Positions 63,939 through 64,000 of a DNA stretch of 64,000 nucleotides are shown here, in pieces. Location of the stretch: NCBI GenBank assembly GCA_964016885.1, contig OZ024748.1:40486001-40550000 (forward strand), given 5' to 3'. Source of the DNA: Eledone cirrhosa (taxonomy: Eukaryota). Within the stretch, counting starts at the first letter, position 1; each line of letters opens with the position of its first letter. A program made the translations under genes and the position numbers. A model generated the notes under the pieces. The model worked only from the letters and a program-made list of their open reading frames with translations. It was not told the DNA's origin and did no database searches.

Positions 63939-64000
63939 AACAAGCTCGGCTACCGAGTCGGATTTACTTACTCAAAAAGTGAGTTTTGATTAATTTTTTT
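63939..64000 (-). mobile_element. Possible terminus of a Helentron/HINE-like non-autonomous element extending beyond the window
   Basis: The minus strand reads ACTCGG-TAG-CCGAG-CTTGTT, a short GC-rich stem-loop followed by CTTGTT. A second hairpin, ACTCA-AAAAG-TGAGT, lies at 63970-63984. The other end is not visible. Confidence 0.35.

Noticed and set aside
62637-63989. 450-aa and 278-aa + strand ORFs with 24-aa repeats
   Set aside because: They are translations of the 72-bp minisatellite. Two frames are open and a 1-bp deletion at ~63095 switches the peptide mid-ORF, which is inconsistent with coding constraint.

Overview
This window is repeat-dominated and most likely eukaryotic (animal-like); I find no convincing intact gene. 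Bases 1 to ~59,585 (93% of the window, open at the left edge) are one head-to-tail satellite of roughly 2,400 monomers. The monomer is a 24-bp unit, AGACCATACATATAGATCTTGTAT, interspersed with 26-bp variants (+AT or +GT). Rare variants reveal nested higher-order duplications with periods of about 76, 225, 378, 692, 1870, 1960-2337, 1972, 4280-4458 and 6343 bp, and a layered domain structure. The long minus-strand ORFs are artefacts, because the reverse complement of the unit has no stop codon in any frame. The 4.4-kb flank holds five other tandem repeats (32, 17, 21 and 72 bp, plus a TA/CATA microsatellite). It also holds a ~180-bp fold-back whose loop contains a degenerate hammerhead-ribozyme-like core, a possible decayed piggyBac-like fragment with a TTAA terminus, and a possible Helentron-like terminus at the right edge. 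I cannot support a new protein-coding system. The best leads are the structure and origin of the satellite and the fold-back element. All mobile-element calls come from motif recognition by eye, not database searches.
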